Assembly (NCBI GenBank): GCA_964016885.1
Contig: CAXHJY010000397.1
Coordinates: forward strand, 198,047-262,046
Length of the DNA stretch: 64,000 bases
DNA from: Eledone cirrhosa
Taxonomy: Eukaryota
Reading direction: 5' to 3'
A program made the position numbers and the translations under genes. The notes below the pieces were generated by a model that made no database searches, was not told where the DNA came from, and worked only from the letters and a program-made list of their open reading frames with translations. Shown one piece after another: positions 28,271 through 42,809 of this stretch. The stretch's first letter is position 1, and each line of letters opens with the position of its first letter.

Positions 28271-31219
28271 TAGCTTAGGATAGCTTAGCTTAGCTTAGCT
28301 TAGGATAGCTTAGCTTAGCTTAGCTTAGGATAGCTTAGCTTAGCTTAGCTTAGGATAGCTTAGCTTAGCTTAGTTTAGGATAGCTTAGGTTAGGATAGCT
28401 TAGCTTAGCTTAGCTTAGGATAGCTTAGCTTAGCTTAGCTTAGCTTAGGATAGCTTAGCTTAGCTTAGCTTAGGATAGCTTAGCTTAGCTTAGGATAGCT
28501 TAGCTTAGCTTAGCTTAGGATAGCTTAGCTTAGCTTAGCTTAGGATAGCTTAGCTTAGCTTAGCTTAGGATAGCTTAGCTTGGCTTAGCTTAGGATAGCT
28601 TAGCTTAGCTTGGCTTAGGATAGCCTAGCTTAGCTTAGCTTAGGATGGCTTAGCTTAGCTTAGCTTAGGATAGCTTAGCTTAGCTTAGCTTAGCTTAGTT
28701 TAGGATAGCTTAGCTTAGCTTAGCTTAGGATAGCTTAGGATAGCTTAGCTTAGGATAGCTTAGGATAGCTTAGCTTAGGATAGCTTAGGATAGCTTAGCT
28801 TAGGATAGCTTAGCTTAGGATAGATTAGCTTAGGATAGCTTATGATAGCTTAGCTTAGGATAGCTTAGGATAGCTTAGGATAGCTTAGCTTAGGATAGCT
28901 TAGCTTAGGATAGCTTAGGAAAGCTTAGCTTAGCTTAGCTTAGGATAGCTTAGCTTAGCTTAGGATAGCTTAGCTTAGCTTAGCTTAGCTTAGGATAGCT
29001 TAGCTTAGCTTAGCTTAGGATAGCTTAGGATAGCTTAGCTTAGGATAACTTAGGATAGCTTAGCTTAGGATAGCTTAGGATAGCTTAGCTTAGGATAGCT
29101 TAGCTTAGGATAGCTTAGCTTAGCTTAGCTTAGCTTAGGATAGCTTAGGATAGCTTAGGATAGCTTAGCTTAGGATAGCTTAGCTTAGGATAGCTTAGGA
29201 TAGCTTAGCTTAGCTTAGCTTAGGATAGCTTAGCTTAGCTTAGCTTAGGATAGCTTAGCTTAGCTTTGCTTAGGATAGCTTAGCTTAGGATAGCTTAGGA
29301 TAGCTTAGCTTAGCATAGCTTAGGATAGCTTAGGTTAGGATAGCTTAGCTTAGGATAGCTTAGGATAGCTTAGCTTAGGATAGCTTAGGATAGCTTAGCT
29401 TAGGATAGCTTAGGATAGCTTAGCTTAGGATAGCTTAGCTTAGGATAGCTTAGGAAAGCTTAGCTTAGCTTAGCTTAGGATAGCTTAGCTTAGCTTAGCT
29501 TAGGATAGCTTAGCTTAGCTTAGCTTAGGATAGCTTAGGATAGCTTAGCTTAGGATAGCTTAGGATAGCTTAGCTTAGGATAGCTTAGCTTATGATAGCT
29601 TAGGATAGCTTAGCTTAGGATAGCTTAGGATAGCTTAGCTTAGGATAGCTTAGCTTAGGATAGCTTAGGATAGCTTAGCTTAGCTTAGCTTAGGATAGCT
29701 TAGCTTAGCTTAGCTTAGGATAGCTTAGCTTAGCTTAGCTTAGGATAGCTTAGCTTAGCTTAGGATAGCTTAGGATAGCTTAGCTTAGGATAGCTTAGGA
29801 TAGCTTAGCTTAGGATAGCTTAGGATAGCTTAGCTTAGGATAGCTTAGGATAGCTTAGCTTAGGATAGCTTAGCTTAGGATAGCTTAGCTTAGCTTAGCT
29901 TAGGATAGCTTAGCTTAGGATAGCTTAGGATAGCTTAGCTTAGGATAGCTTAGCTTAGGATAGCTTAGGATAGCTTAGCTTAGCTTAGCTTAGGATAGCT
30001 TAGCTTAGCTTAGCTTAGGATAGCTTAGCTTAGCTTAGCTTAGGATAGCTTAGCTTAGCTTAGCTTAGGATAGCTTAGGATAGCTTAGCTTAGCTTAGCT
30101 TAGCTTAGGATAGCTTAGCTTAGCTTAGCTTAGGATAGCTTAGCTTAGCTTAGCTTAGGATAGCTTAGCTTAGCTTAGCTTAGGATAGCTTAGCTTAGAT
30201 TAGCTTAGGATAGCTTAGCTTAGCTTAGCTTAGGATAGCTTAGGTTAGCTTAGGATAGCTTAGCTTAGGATAGCTTAGCTTAGGATAGCTTAGCTTAGGT
30301 TAGCTTAGCTTAGCTTAGGATAGCTTAGGATAGCTTAGCTTAGGATAGCTTAGCTTAGCTTAGGATAGCTTAGCTTAGCTTAGGATAGCTTAGCTTAGCT
30401 TAGCTTAGCTTAGGATAGCTTAGCTTAGGATAGCTTAGGATAGCTTAGCTTAGCTTAGGATAGCTTAGCTTAGCTTAGCTTAGGATAGCTTAGCTTAGCT
30501 TAGCTTAGGATAGCTTAGGATAGCTTAGCTTAGCTTAGCTTAGGATAGCTTAGCTTAGCTTAGCTTAGGATAGCTTAGCTTAGCTTAGGATAGCTTAGCT
30601 TAGCTTAGCTTATCTTAGCTTAGGATAGCTTAGCTTAGCTTAGCTTAGGATAGCTTAGCTTAGCTTAGCTTAGGATAGCTTAGGATAGCTTAGCTTAGGA
30701 TAGCTTAGGATAGCTTACCTTAGGATAGCTTAGCTTAGGATAGCTTAGCTTAGGATAGCTTAGGATAGCTTAGCTTAGCTTAGCTTAGGATAACTTAGCT
30801 TAGCTTAGCTTAGGATAGCTTAGCTTAGCTTAGCTTAGGATAGCTTAGCTTAGCTTAGGATAGCTTAGCTTAGCTTAGCTTAGGATAGCTTAGCTTAGCT
30901 TAGCTTAGGATAGCTTAGCTAAGGATAGCTTAGCTTAGGATAGCTTAGCTTAGGATAGCTTAGGATAGCTTAGCTTAGGATAGCTTAGGATAGCTTAGCT
31001 TCGGATAGCTTAGCTTAGCTAAGGATTGCTTAGCTTAGGATAGCTTAGGATAGCTTAGCTTAGCTTAGCTTAGGATAGCTTAGCTTAGCTTAGGATAGCT
31101 TATCTTAGCTTAGGATAGCTTAGCTTAGCTTAGGATAGCTTAGCTTAGCTTAGGATAGCTTAGCTTAGCTTAGCTTAGGATAGCTTAGCTTAGCTTAGCT
31201 TAGGATAGCTTAGCTTAGC

Positions 31220-34200
31220 TTAGCTTAGGATAGCTTAGCTTAGCTTAGCTTAGGATAGCTTAGCTTAGCTTAGCTTAGGAGAGCTTAGCTTAGCTTAGCT
31301 TAGGATAGCTTAGCTTAGCTTAGGATAGCTTAGCTTAGCTTAGCTTAGGATAGCTTAGCTTAGCTTAGTTTAGGATAGCTTAGCTTAGCTTAGCTTAGCT
31401 TAGGATAGCTTAGCTTAGCTTAGCTTAGCTTAGGATAGCTTATCTTAGCTTAGGATAGCTTAGCTTAGCTTAGCTTAGGATAGCTTAGCTTAGCTTAGGA
31501 TAGCTTAGCTTAGCTTAGCTTAGGATAGCTTAGCTTAGCTTAGCTTAGGATAGCTTAGCTTAGCTTAGCTTAGCTTAGGATAGTTTAGCTTAGCTTAGCT
31601 TAGCTTAGGATAGCTTAGCTTAGCTTAGGATAGCTTAGGATAGCTTAGCTTAGGATAGCTTAGCATAGCTTAGCTTAGGATAGCTTAGCTTAGGATAGCT
31701 TAGCTTAGGATAGCTTAGGATAGCTTAGCTTAGCTTAGCTTAGGATAGCTTAGCTTAGCTTAGCTTAGGATAGCTTAGCTTAGCTTAGCTTAGGATAGCT
31801 TAGGATAGCTTAGCTTAGGATAGCTTAGGATAGCTTAGCTTAGGAAAGCTTAGGATAGCTTAGCTTAGGATAGCTTAGGATAGCTTAGCTTAGGATAGCT
31901 TAGGATAGCTTAGCTTAGCTTAGCTTAGGATAGCTTAGCTTAGCTTAGCCTAGGTAGCTTAGCTTAGCTTAGCTTAGGATAGCTTAGGATAGCTTAGCTT
32001 AGGATAGCTTAGGATAGCTTAGCTTATGATAGCTTAGCTTAGGATAGCTTAGGATAGCTTAGCTTAGGATAGCTTAGCTTAGGATAGCTTAGGATAGCTT
32101 AGCTTAGCTTAGCTTAGGATAGCTTAGCTTAGCTTAGGATAGCTTAGCTTAGCTTAGCTTAGCTTAGGATAGCTTAGCTTAGCTTAGCTTAGGATAGCTT
32201 AGCTTAGCTTAGCTTAGGATAGCTTAGGATAGCTTAGCTTAGGATAGCTTAGGATAGCTTAGCTTAGGATAGCTTAGGATAGCTTAGCTTAGGATAGCTT
32301 AGGATAGCTTAGCTTAGGATAGCTTAGGATAGCTTAGCTTAGCTTAGCTTAGGATAGCTTAGCTTAGCTTAGCTTAGGTAGCTTAGCTTAGCTTAGCTTA
32401 GGATAGCTTAGGATAGCTTAGCTTAGGATAGCTTAGCTTAGCTTAGGATAGCTTAGCTTAGCTTAGCTTAGGATAGCTTAGCTTAGCTTAGCTTAGGATA
32501 GCTTAGCTTAGCTTAGGATAGCTTAGCTTAGCTTAGCTTAGGATAGCTTAGCTTAGCTTAGGATAGCTTAGCTTAGCTTAGCTTAGCTTAGGAGAGCTTA
32601 GCTTAGCTTAGCTTAGGATAGCTTAGCTTAGCTTAGCTTAGGATAGCTTAGCTTAGCTTAGGATAGCTTAGCTTAGCTTAGCTTATCTTAGCTTAGGATA
32701 GCTTAGCTTAGCTTAGCTTAGGATAGCTTAGCTTAGCTTAGCTTAGGATAGCTTAGGATAGCTTAGCTTAGGATAGCTTAGGATAGCTTACCTTAGGATA
32801 GCTTAGCTTAGGATAGCTTAGCTTAGGATAGCTTAGGATAGCTTAGCTTAGCTTAGCTTAGGATAACTTAGCTTAGCTTAGCTTAGGATAGCTTAGCTTA
32901 GCTTAGCTTAGGATAGCTTAGCTTAGCTTAGGATAGCTTAGCTTAGCTTAGCTTAGGATAGCTTAGCTTAGCTTAGCTTAGGATAGCTTAGCTTAGGATA
33001 ACTTAGCTTAGGATAGCTTAGCTTAGGATAGCTTAGGATAGCTTAGCTTAGGATAGCTTAGGATAGCTTAGCTTCGGATAGCTTAGCTTAGCTAAGGATT
33101 GCTTAGCTTAGGATAGCTTAGGATAGCTTAGCTTAGCTTAGCTTAGGATAGCTTAGCTTAGCTTAGGATAGCTTATCTTAGCTTAGGATAGCTTAGCTTA
33201 GCTTAGGATAGCTTAGCTTAGCTTAGGATAGCTTAGCTTAGCTTAGCTTAGGATAGCTTAGCTTAGCTTAGCTTAGGATAGCTTAGCTTAGCTTAGCTTA
33301 GGATAGCTTAGGATAGCTTAGCTTAGCTTAGGATAGCTTAGCTTAGCTTAGCTTAGGATAGCTTAGCTTAGCTTAGCTTAGGATAGCTTAGGATAGCTTA
33401 GCTTAGGATAGCTTAGGATAGCTTAGCTTAGGATAGCTTAGGATAGCTTAGCTTAGGATAGCTTAGGATAGCTTAGCTTAGGATAGCTTAGCTTAGGATA
33501 GCTTAGCTTAGCTTAGCTTAGGAGAGCTTAGCTTAGGATAGCTTAGGATAGCTTAGCTTAGGATAGCTTAGCTTAGGATAGCTTAGGATAGCTTAGCTTA
33601 GCTTAGCTTAGGATAGCTTAGCTTAGCTTAGCTTAGGATAGCTTAGCTTAGCTTAGGATAGCTTAGCTTAGCTTACCTTAGGATAGCTTAGCTTAGCTTA
33701 GCTTAGGATAGCTTAGCTTAGCTTAGCTTAGGATAGCTTAGCTTAGCTTAGGATAGCTTAGCTTAGCTTAGCTTAGGATAGCGTAGCTTAGCTTAGCTTA
33801 GGATTACTTAGCTTAGCTTAGCTTAGGATAGCTTAGCTTAGGATAGCTTAGCTTAGCTTAGCTTAGGATAGCTTAGCTTAGCTTAGCTTAGCTTAGGATA
33901 GCTAAGCTTAGCTTAGGATAGCTTAGCTTAGCTTAGCTTAGGATAGCTTAGCTTAGCTTAGCTTAGCTTAGCTTAGGACAGCTTAGCTTAGCTTAGCTTA
34001 GGATAGCTTAGCTTAGCTTAGCTTAGGATAGCTTAGCTTAGCTTAGCTTAGTATAGCTTAGCTTAGCTTAGGATAGCTTAGGATAGCTTAGCTTAGGATA
34101 GCTTAGGATAGCTTAGCTTAGGATAGCTTAGGATAGCTTAGCTTAGGATAGCTTAGCTTAGGATAGCTTAGCTTAGCTTAGCTTAGGATAGCTTAGCTTG

Positions 34201-37200
34201 GGATAGCTTAGGATAGCTTAGCTTAGGAAAGCTTAGCTTAGGATAGCTTAGCTTAGGATAGCTTAGGATAGCTTAGCTTAGCTTAGCTTAGGATAGCTTA
34301 GCTTAGCTTAGCTTAGGATAGCTTAGCTTAGCTTAGGATAGCTTAGCTTAGCTTAGGATAGCTTAGCTTAGCTTAGCTTAGGATAGCTTAGCTTAGCTTA
34401 GCTTAGGATAGCTTAGCTTAGCTTAGCTTAGGATAGCTTAGCTTAGCTTAGGATAGCTTAGCTTAGCTTAGGATAGCTTAGCTTAGGATAGTTTAGCTTA
34501 GGATAGCTTAGGATAGCTTAGCTTAGGATAGCTTAGGATAGCTTAGCTTAGGATAGCTTAGCTTAGCTTAGCTTAGGATAGCTTAGCTTAGCTTAGGTAG
34601 CTTAGCTTAGCTTAGCTTAGGATAGCTTAGCTTAGGATAGCTTAGGATAGCTTAGCTTAGCTTAGCTTAGGATAGCTTAGCATAGCTTAGGATAGCTTAG
34701 CTTAGCTTAGGTTAGCTTAGCTTAGCTTAGGATAGCTTAGCTTAGCTTAGCTTAGGATAGCTTAGCTTAGCTTAGCTTAGGATAGCTTAGCTTAGCTTAG
34801 CTTAGGATAGCTTAGCTTAGCTTAGCTTAGGATAGCTTAGCTTAGCTTAGCTTAGGATAGCTTAGCTTAGCTTAGCTTAGGATAGCTTAGCTTAGCTTAG
34901 CTTAGGATAGCTTAGCTTAGCTTAGTTTAGGATAGCTTAGCTTAGGATAGCTTAGCTTAGCTTAGGATAGCTTAGCTTAGCTTAGCTTAGGATAGCTTAG
35001 CTTAGCTTAGCTTAGGATAGCTCAGCTTAGCTTAGCTAAGGATAGCTTAGCTTAGCTTGGCTTAGGATAGCTTAGCTTAGCTTAGCTTAGGATAGCTTAG
35101 CTTAGCTTAGCTTAGGATAGCTTAGCTTAGCTTAGCTTAGGATAGCTTAGCTTAGCTTAGCTTAGGATAGCTTAGCTTAATTTAGGATAGCTTAGTTTAG
35201 CTTGGCTTAGGATAGCTTAGCTTAGCTTTGCTTAGGATAGCTTAGCTTAGGATAGCTTAGGATAGCTTAGCTTAGCATAGCTTAGGATAGCTTAGCTTAG
35301 GATAGCTTAGCTTAGGATAGCTTAGGATAGCTTAGCTTAGGATAGCTTAGGATAGCTTAGCTTAGGATAGCTTAGCTTAGGATAGCTTAGCTTAGCTTAG
35401 ATTAGGATAGCTTAGCTTAGCTTAGCTTAGGATAGCTTAGGATAGCTTAGCTTAGGATAGCTTAGGATAGCTTAGCTTAGGATAGCTTAGCTTAGGATAG
35501 CTTAGCTTAGGATAGCTTAGGATAGCTTAGCTTAGGATAGCTTAGCTTAGGATAGCTTAGGATAGCTTAGCTTAGCTTAGGATAGCTTAGCTTAGCTTAG
35601 CTTATGATAGCTTAGCTTAGCTTAGCTTAGCTTAGGATAGCTTAGCTTATCTTAGCTTAGGATAGCTTAGGATAGCTTAGCTTAGGATAGCTTAGCTTAG
35701 CTTAGCTTAGGATAGCTTAGGATAGCTTAGCTTAGGATAGCTTAGGATAGCTTAGCTTAGGATAGCTTAGCTTAGGATAGCTTAGCTTAGCTTAGCTTAG
35801 GAGAGCTTAGCTTAGGAAAGCTTAGGATAGCTTAGCTTAGGATAGCTTAGCTTAGGATAGCTTAGGATAGCTTAGCTTAGCTTAGCTTAGGATAGCTTAG
35901 CTTAGCTTAGCTTAGGATAGCTTAGCTTAGCTTAGGATAGCTTAGCTTAGCTTACCTTAGGATAGCTTAGCTTAGCTTAGCTTAGGATAGCTTAGCTTAG
36001 CTTAGCTTAGGATAGCTTAGCTTAGCTTAGGATAGCTTAGCTTAGCTTAGCTTAGGATAGCTTAGCTTAGGATAGCTTAGCTTAGGTTAGCTTAGCTTAG
36101 CTTAGCTTAGGATAGCTTAGGATAGCTTAGCTTAGGATAGCTTAGCTTAGCTTAGCTTAGGATAGCTTAGCTTAGCTTAGGATAGCTTAGCTTAGGATAG
36201 CTTAGGATAGCTTAGCTTAGCTTAGCTTAGCTTAGGATAGCTTAGCTTAGCTTAGCTTAGGATAGCTTAGCTTAGCTTAGGATAGCTTAGCTTAGCTTAG
36301 CTTAGGATAGCTTAGGATAGCTTAGGATAGCTTAGGATAGCTTAGCTTAGGATAGCTTAGCTTAGCTTAGCTTAGGATAGCTTAGCTTAGCTTAGCTTAG
36401 GATAGCTTAGCTTAGCTTAGGATAGCTTAGCTTAGCTTAGCTTAGGATAGCTTAGCTTAGCTTAGCTTAGGATAGCTTAGCTTAGCTTAGGATAGCTTAG
36501 CTTAGCTTAACTTAGGATAGCTTAGCTTAGCTTAGCTTAGCTTAGGATAGCTTAGCTTAGCTTAGGATAGCTTAGCTTAGCTTAGCTTAGGATAGCTTAG
36601 CTTAGCTTAGGATAGCTTAGCTTAGCTTAGCTTAGGAGAGCTTAGCTTAGCTTAGGATAGCTTAGCTTAGCTTAGCTTAGGATAGCTTAGCTTAGCTTAG
36701 CTTAGGATAGCTTAGCTTAGCTTAGCTTAGGAGAGCTTAGCTTAGCTTAGCTTAGGATAGCTTAGCTTAGCTTAGCTTAGCTTAGGATAGCTTAGCTTAG
36801 CTTAGCTTAGGATAGCTTAGCTTAGCTTAGCTTAGGATAGCTTAGCTTAGCTTAGCTTAGGAGAGCTTAGCTTAGCTTAGCTTAGGATAGCTTAGCTTAG
36901 CTTAGGATAGCTTAGCTTAGCTTAGCTTAGGATAGCTTAGCTTAGCTTAGTTTAGGATAGCTTAGCTTAGCTTAGCTTAGCTTAGGATAGCTTAGCTTAG
37001 CTTAGCTTAGCTTAGGATAGCTTATCTTAGCTTAGGATAGCTTAGCTTAGCTTAGCTTAGGATAGCTTAGCTTAGCTTAGGATAGCTTAGCTTAGCTTAG
37101 CTTAGGATAGCTTAGCTTAGCTTAGCTTAGGATAGCTTAGCTTAGCTTAGCTTAGCTTAGGATAGTTTAGCTTAGCTTAGCTTAGCTTAGGATAGCTTAG

Positions 37201-40200
37201 CTTAGCTTAGGATAGCTTAGGATAGCTTAGCTTAGGATAGCTTAGCATAGCTTAGCTTAGGATAGCTTAGCTTAGGATAGCTTAGCTTAGGATAGCTTAG
37301 GATAGCTTAGCTTAGCTTAGCTTAGGATAGCTTAGCTTAGCTTAGCTTAGGATAGCTTAGCTTAGCTTAGCTTAGGATAGCTTAGGATAGCTTAGCTTAG
37401 GATAGCTTAGGATAGCTTAGCTTAGGAAAGCTTAGGATAGCTTAGCTTAGGATAGCTTAGGATAGCTTAGCTTAGGATAGCTTAGGATAGCTTAGCTTAG
37501 CTTAGCTTAGGATAGCTTAGCTTAGCTTAGCCTAGGTAGCTTAGCTTAGCTTAGCTTAGGATAGCTTAGGATAGCTTAGCTTAGGATAGCTTAGGATAGC
37601 TTAGCTTATGATAGCTTAGCTTAGGATAGCTTAGGATAGCTTAGCTTAGGATAGCTTAGCTTAGGATAGCTTAGGATAGCTTAGCTTAGCTTAGCTTAGG
37701 ATAGCTTAGCTTAGCTTAGGATAGCTTAGCTTAGCTTAGCTTAGCTTAGGATAGCTTAGCTTAGCTTAGCTTAGGATAGCTTAGCTTAGCTTAGCTTAGG
37801 ATAGCTTAGGATAGCTTAGCTTAGGATAGCTTAGGATAGCTTAGCTTAGGATAGCTTAGGATAGCTTAGCTTAGGATAGCTTAGGATAGCTTAGCTTAGG
37901 ATAGCTTAGGATAGCTTAGCTTAGCTTAGCTTAGGATAGCTTAGCTTAGCTTAGCTTAGGTAGCTTAGCTTAGCTTAGCTTAGGATAGCTTAGGATAGCT
38001 TAGCTTAGGATAGCTTAGCTTAGCTTAGGATAGCTTAGCTTAGCTTAGCTTAGGATAGCTTAGCTTAGCTTAGCTTAGGATAGCTTAGCTTAGCTTAGGA
38101 TAGCTTAGCTTAGCTTAGCTTAGGATAGCTTAGCTTAGCTTAGGATAGCTTAGCTTAGCTTAGCTTAGCTTAGGAGAGCTTAGCTTAGCTTAGCTTAGGA
38201 TAGCTTAGCTTAGCTTAGCTTAGGATAGCTTAGCTTAGCTTAGGATAGCTTAGCTTAGCTTAGCTTATCTTAGCTTAGGATAGCTTAGCTTAGCTTAGCT
38301 TAGGATAGCTTAGCTTAGCTTAGCTTAGGATAGCTTAGGATAGCTTAGCTTAGGATAGCTTAGGATAGCTTACCTTAGGATAGCTTAGCTTAGGATAGCT
38401 TAGCTTAGGATAGCTTAGGATAGCTTAGCTTAGCTTAGCTTAGGATAACTTAGCTTAGCTTAGCTTAGGATAGCTTAGCTTAGCTTAGCTTAGGATAGCT
38501 TAGCTTAGCTTAGGATAGCTTAGCTTAGCTTAGCTTAGGATAGCTTAGCTTAGCTTAGCTTAGGATAGCTTAGCTTAGGATAACTTAGCTTAGGATAGCT
38601 TAGCTTAGGATAGCTTAGGATAGCTTAGCTTAGGATAGCTTAGGATAGCTTAGCTTCGGATAGCTTAGCTTAGCTAAGGATTGCTTAGCTTAGGATAGCT
38701 TAGGATAGCTTAGCTTAGCTTAGCTTAGGATAGCTTAGCTTAGCTTAGGATAGCTTATCTTAGCTTAGGATAGCTTAGCTTAGCTTAGGATAGCTTAGCT
38801 TAGCTTAGGATAGCTTAGCTTAGCTTAGCTTAGGATAGCTTAGCTTAGCTTAGCTTAGGATAGCTTAGCTTAGCTTAGCTTAGGATAGCTTAGGATAGCT
38901 TAGCTTAGCTTAGGATAGCTTAGCTTAGCTTAGCTTAGGATAGCTTAGCTTAGCTTAGCTTAGGATAGCTTAGGATAGCTTAGCTTAGGATAGCTTAGGA
39001 TAGCTTAGCTTAGGATAGCTTAGGATAGCTTAGCTTAGGATAGCTTAGGATAGCTTAGCTTAGGATAGCTTAGCTTAGGATAGCTTAGCTTAGCTTAGCT
39101 TAGGAGAGCTTAGCTTAGGATAGCTTAGGATAGCTTAGCTTAGGATAGCTTAGCTTAGGATAGCTTAGGATAGCTTAGCTTAGCTTAGCTTAGGATAGCT
39201 TAGCTTAGCTTAGCTTAGGATAGCTTAGCTTAGCTTAGGATAGCTTAGCTTAGCTTACCTTAGGATAGCTTAGCTTAGCTTAGCTTAGGATAGCTTAGCT
39301 TAGCTTAGCTTAGGATAGCTTAGCTTAGCTTAGGATAGCTTAGCTTAGCTTAGCTTAGGATAGCGTAGCTTAGCTTAGCTTAGGATTACTTAGCTTAGCT
39401 TAGCTTAGGATAGCTTAGCTTAGGATAGCTTAGCTTAGCTTAGCTTAGGATAGCTTAGCTTAGCTTAGCTTAGCTTAGGATAGCTAAGCTTAGCTTAGGA
39501 TAGCTTAGCTTAGCTTAGCTTAGGATAGCTTAGCTTAGCTTAGCTTAGCTTAGCTTAGGACAGCTTAGCTTAGCTTAGCTTAGGATAGCTTAGCTTAGCT
39601 TAGCTTAGGATAGCTTAGCTTAGCTTAGCTTAGTATAGCTTAGCTTAGCTTAGGATAGCTTAGGATAGCTTAGCTTAGGATAGCTTAGGATAGCTTAGCT
39701 TAGGATAGCTTAGGATAGCTTAGCTTAGGATAGCTTAGCTTAGGATAGCTTAGCTTAGCTTAGCTTAGGATAGCTTAGCTTGGGATAGCTTAGGATAGCT
39801 TAGCTTAGGAAAGCTTAGCTTAGGATAGCTTAGCTTAGGATAGCTTAGGATAGCTTAGCTTAGCTTAGCTTAGGATAGCTTAGCTTAGCTTAGCTTAGGA
39901 TAGCTTAGCTTAGCTTAGGATAGCTTAGCTTAGCTTAGGATAGCTTAGCTTAGCTTAGCTTAGGATAGCTTAGCTTAGCTTAGCTTAGGATAGCTTAGCT
40001 TAGCTTAGCTTAGGATAGCTTAGCTTAGCTTAGGATAGCTTAGCTTAGCTTAGGATAGCTTAGCTTAGGATAGTTTAGCTTAGGATAGCTTAGGATAGCT
40101 TAGCTTAGGATAGCTTAGGATAGCTTAGCTTAGGATAGCTTAGCTTAGCTTAGCTTAGGATAGCTTAGCTTAGCTTAGGTAGCTTAGCTTAGCTTAGCTT

Positions 40201-42390
40201 AGGATAGCTTAGCTTAGGATAGCTTAGGATAGCTTAGCTTAGCTTAGCTTAGGATAGCTTAGCATAGCTTAGGATAGCTTAGCTTAGCTTAGGTTAGCTT
40301 AGCTTAGCTTAGGATAGCTTAGCTTAGCTTAGCTTAGGATAGCTTAGCTTAGCTTAGCTTAGGATAGCTTAGCTTAGCTTAGCTTAGGATAGCTTAGCTT
40401 AGCTTAGCTTAGGATAGCTTAGCTTAGCTTAGCTTAGGATAGCTTAGCTTAGCTTAGCTTAGGATAGCTTAGCTTAGCTTAGCTTAGGATAGCTTAGCTT
40501 AGCTTAGTTTAGGATAGCTTAGCTTAGGATAGCTTAGCTTAGCTTAGGATAGCTTAGCTTAGCTTAGCTTAGGATAGCTTAGCTTAGCTTAGCTTAGGAT
40601 AGCTCAGCTTAGCTTAGCTAAGGATAGCTTAGCTTAGCTTGGCTTAGGATAGCTTAGCTTAGCTTAGCTTAGGATAGCTTAGCTTAGCTTAGCTTAGGAT
40701 AGCTTAGCTTAGCTTAGCTTAGGATAGCTTAGCTTAGCTTAGCTTAGGATAGCTTAGCTTAATTTAGGATAGCTTAGTTTAGCTTGGCTTAGGATAGCTT
40801 AGCTTAGCTTTGCTTAGGATAGCTTAGCTTAGGATAGCTTAGGATAGCTTAGCTTAGCATAGCTTAGGATAGCTTAGCTTAGGATAGCTTAGCTTAGGAT
40901 AGCTTAGGATAGCTTAGCTTAGGATAGCTTAGGATAGCTTAGCTTAGGATAGCTTAGCTTAGGATAGCTTAGCTTAGCTTAGATTAGGATAGCTTAGCTT
41001 AGCTTAGCTTAGGATAGCTTAGGATAGCTTAGCTTAGGATAGCTTAGGATAGCTTAGCTTAGGATAGCTTAGCTTAGGATAGCTTAGCTTAGGATAGCTT
41101 AGGATAGCTTAGCTTAGGATAGCTTAGCTTAGGATAGCTTAGGATAGCTTAGCTTAGCTTAGGATAGCTTAGCTTAGCTTAGCTTATGATAGCTTAGCTT
41201 AGCTTAGCTTAGCTTAGGATAGCTTAGCTTATCTTAGCTTAGGATAGCTTAGGATAGCTTAGCTTAGGATAGCTTAGCTTAGCTTAGCTTAGGATAGCTT
41301 AGGATAGCTTAGCTTAGGATAGCTTAGGATAGCTTAGCTTAGGATAGCTTAGCTTAGGATAGCTTAGCTTAGCTTAGCTTAGGAGAGCTTAGCTTAGGAA
41401 AGCTTAGGATAGCTTAGCTTAGGATAGCTTAGCTTAGGATAGCTTAGGATAGCTTAGCTTAGCTTAGCTTAGGATAGCTTAGCTTAGCTTAGCTTAGGAT
41501 AGCTTAGCTTAGCTTAGGATAGCTTAGCTTAGCTTACCTTAGGATAGCTTAGCTTAGCTTAGCTTAGGATAGCTTAGCTTAGCTTAGCTTAGGATAGCTT
41601 AGCTTAGCTTAGGATAGCTTAGCTTAGCTTAGCTTAGGATAGCTTAGCTTAGGATAGCTTAGCTTAGGTTAGCTTAGCTTAGCTTAGCTTAGGATAGCTT
41701 AGGATAGCTTAGCTTAGGATAGCTTAGCTTAGCTTAGCTTAGGATAGCTTAGCTTAGCTTAGGATAGCTTAGCTTAGGATAGCTTAGGATAGCTTAGCTT
41801 AGCTTAGCTTAGCTTAGGATAGCTTAGCTTAGCTTAGCTTAGGATAGCTTAGCTTAGCTTAGGATAGCTTAGCTTAGCTTAGCTTAGGATAGCTTAGGAT
41901 AGCTTAGGATAGCTTAGGATAGCTTAGCTTAGGATAGCTTAGCTTAGCTTAGCTTAGGATAGCTTAGCTTAGCTTAGCTTAGGATAGCTTAGCTTAGCTT
42001 AGGATAGCTTAGCTTAGCTTAGCTTAGGATAGCTTAGCTTAGCTTAGCTTAGGATAGCTTAGCTTAGCTTAGGATAGCTTAGCTTAGCTTAACTTAGGAT
42101 AGCTTAGCTTAGCTTAGCTTAGCTTAGGATAGCTTAGCTTAGCTTAGGATAGCTTAGCTTAGCTTAGCTTAGGATAGCTTAGCTTAGCTTAGGATAGCTT
42201 AGCTTAGCTTAGCTTAGGAGAGCTTAGCTTAGCTTAGGATAGCTTAGCTTAGCTTAGCTTAGGATAGCTTAGCTTAGCTTAGCTTAGGATAGCTTAGCTT
42301 AGCTTAGCTTAGGAGAGCTTAGCTTAGCTTAGCTTAGGATAGCTTAGCTTAGCTTAGCTTAGCTTAGGATAGCTTAGCTTAGCTTAGCTT
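31220..42390. repeat. 5582 bp tandem duplication, two apparently identical copies
   Basis: GAGAG 31279/36861, TTTAG 31369/36951, CTTAT 31439/37021, GTAG 31954/37536, 32378/37960 and 34597/40179, CGTAG 33782/39364, CTTAT 35646/41228, GAGAG 36731/42313, all at offset 5582. Confidence 0.92.
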
Positions 42391-42809
42391 AGGATAGCTT
42401 AGGATAGCTTACCTTAGGAGAGCTTAGCTTAGGATAGCTTAGCTTAGGATAGCTTAGGATAACTTAGCTTAGGATAGCTTAGCTTAGGATAGCTTAGCTT
42501 AGGATAGCTTAGCTTAGGATAGCTTAGGATAGCTTAGCTTAGCTTAGGATAGCTTAGCTTAGCTTTGCTTAGGATAGCTTAGCTTAGCTTAGCTTAGGAT
42601 AGCTTAGGATAGCTTAGCTTAGGATAGCTTAGGATAGCTTAGCTTAGGATAGCTTAGCTTAGGATAGCTTAGGATAGCTTAGCTTAGCTTAGCTTAGGAT
42701 AGCTTAGCTTAGCTTAGCTTTGGATAGCTTAGCTTAGCTTAGCTTAGCTTAGGATAGCTTAGCTTAGCTTAGGATAGCTTAGGATAGCTTAGCTTAGGAT
42801 AGCTTAGGA

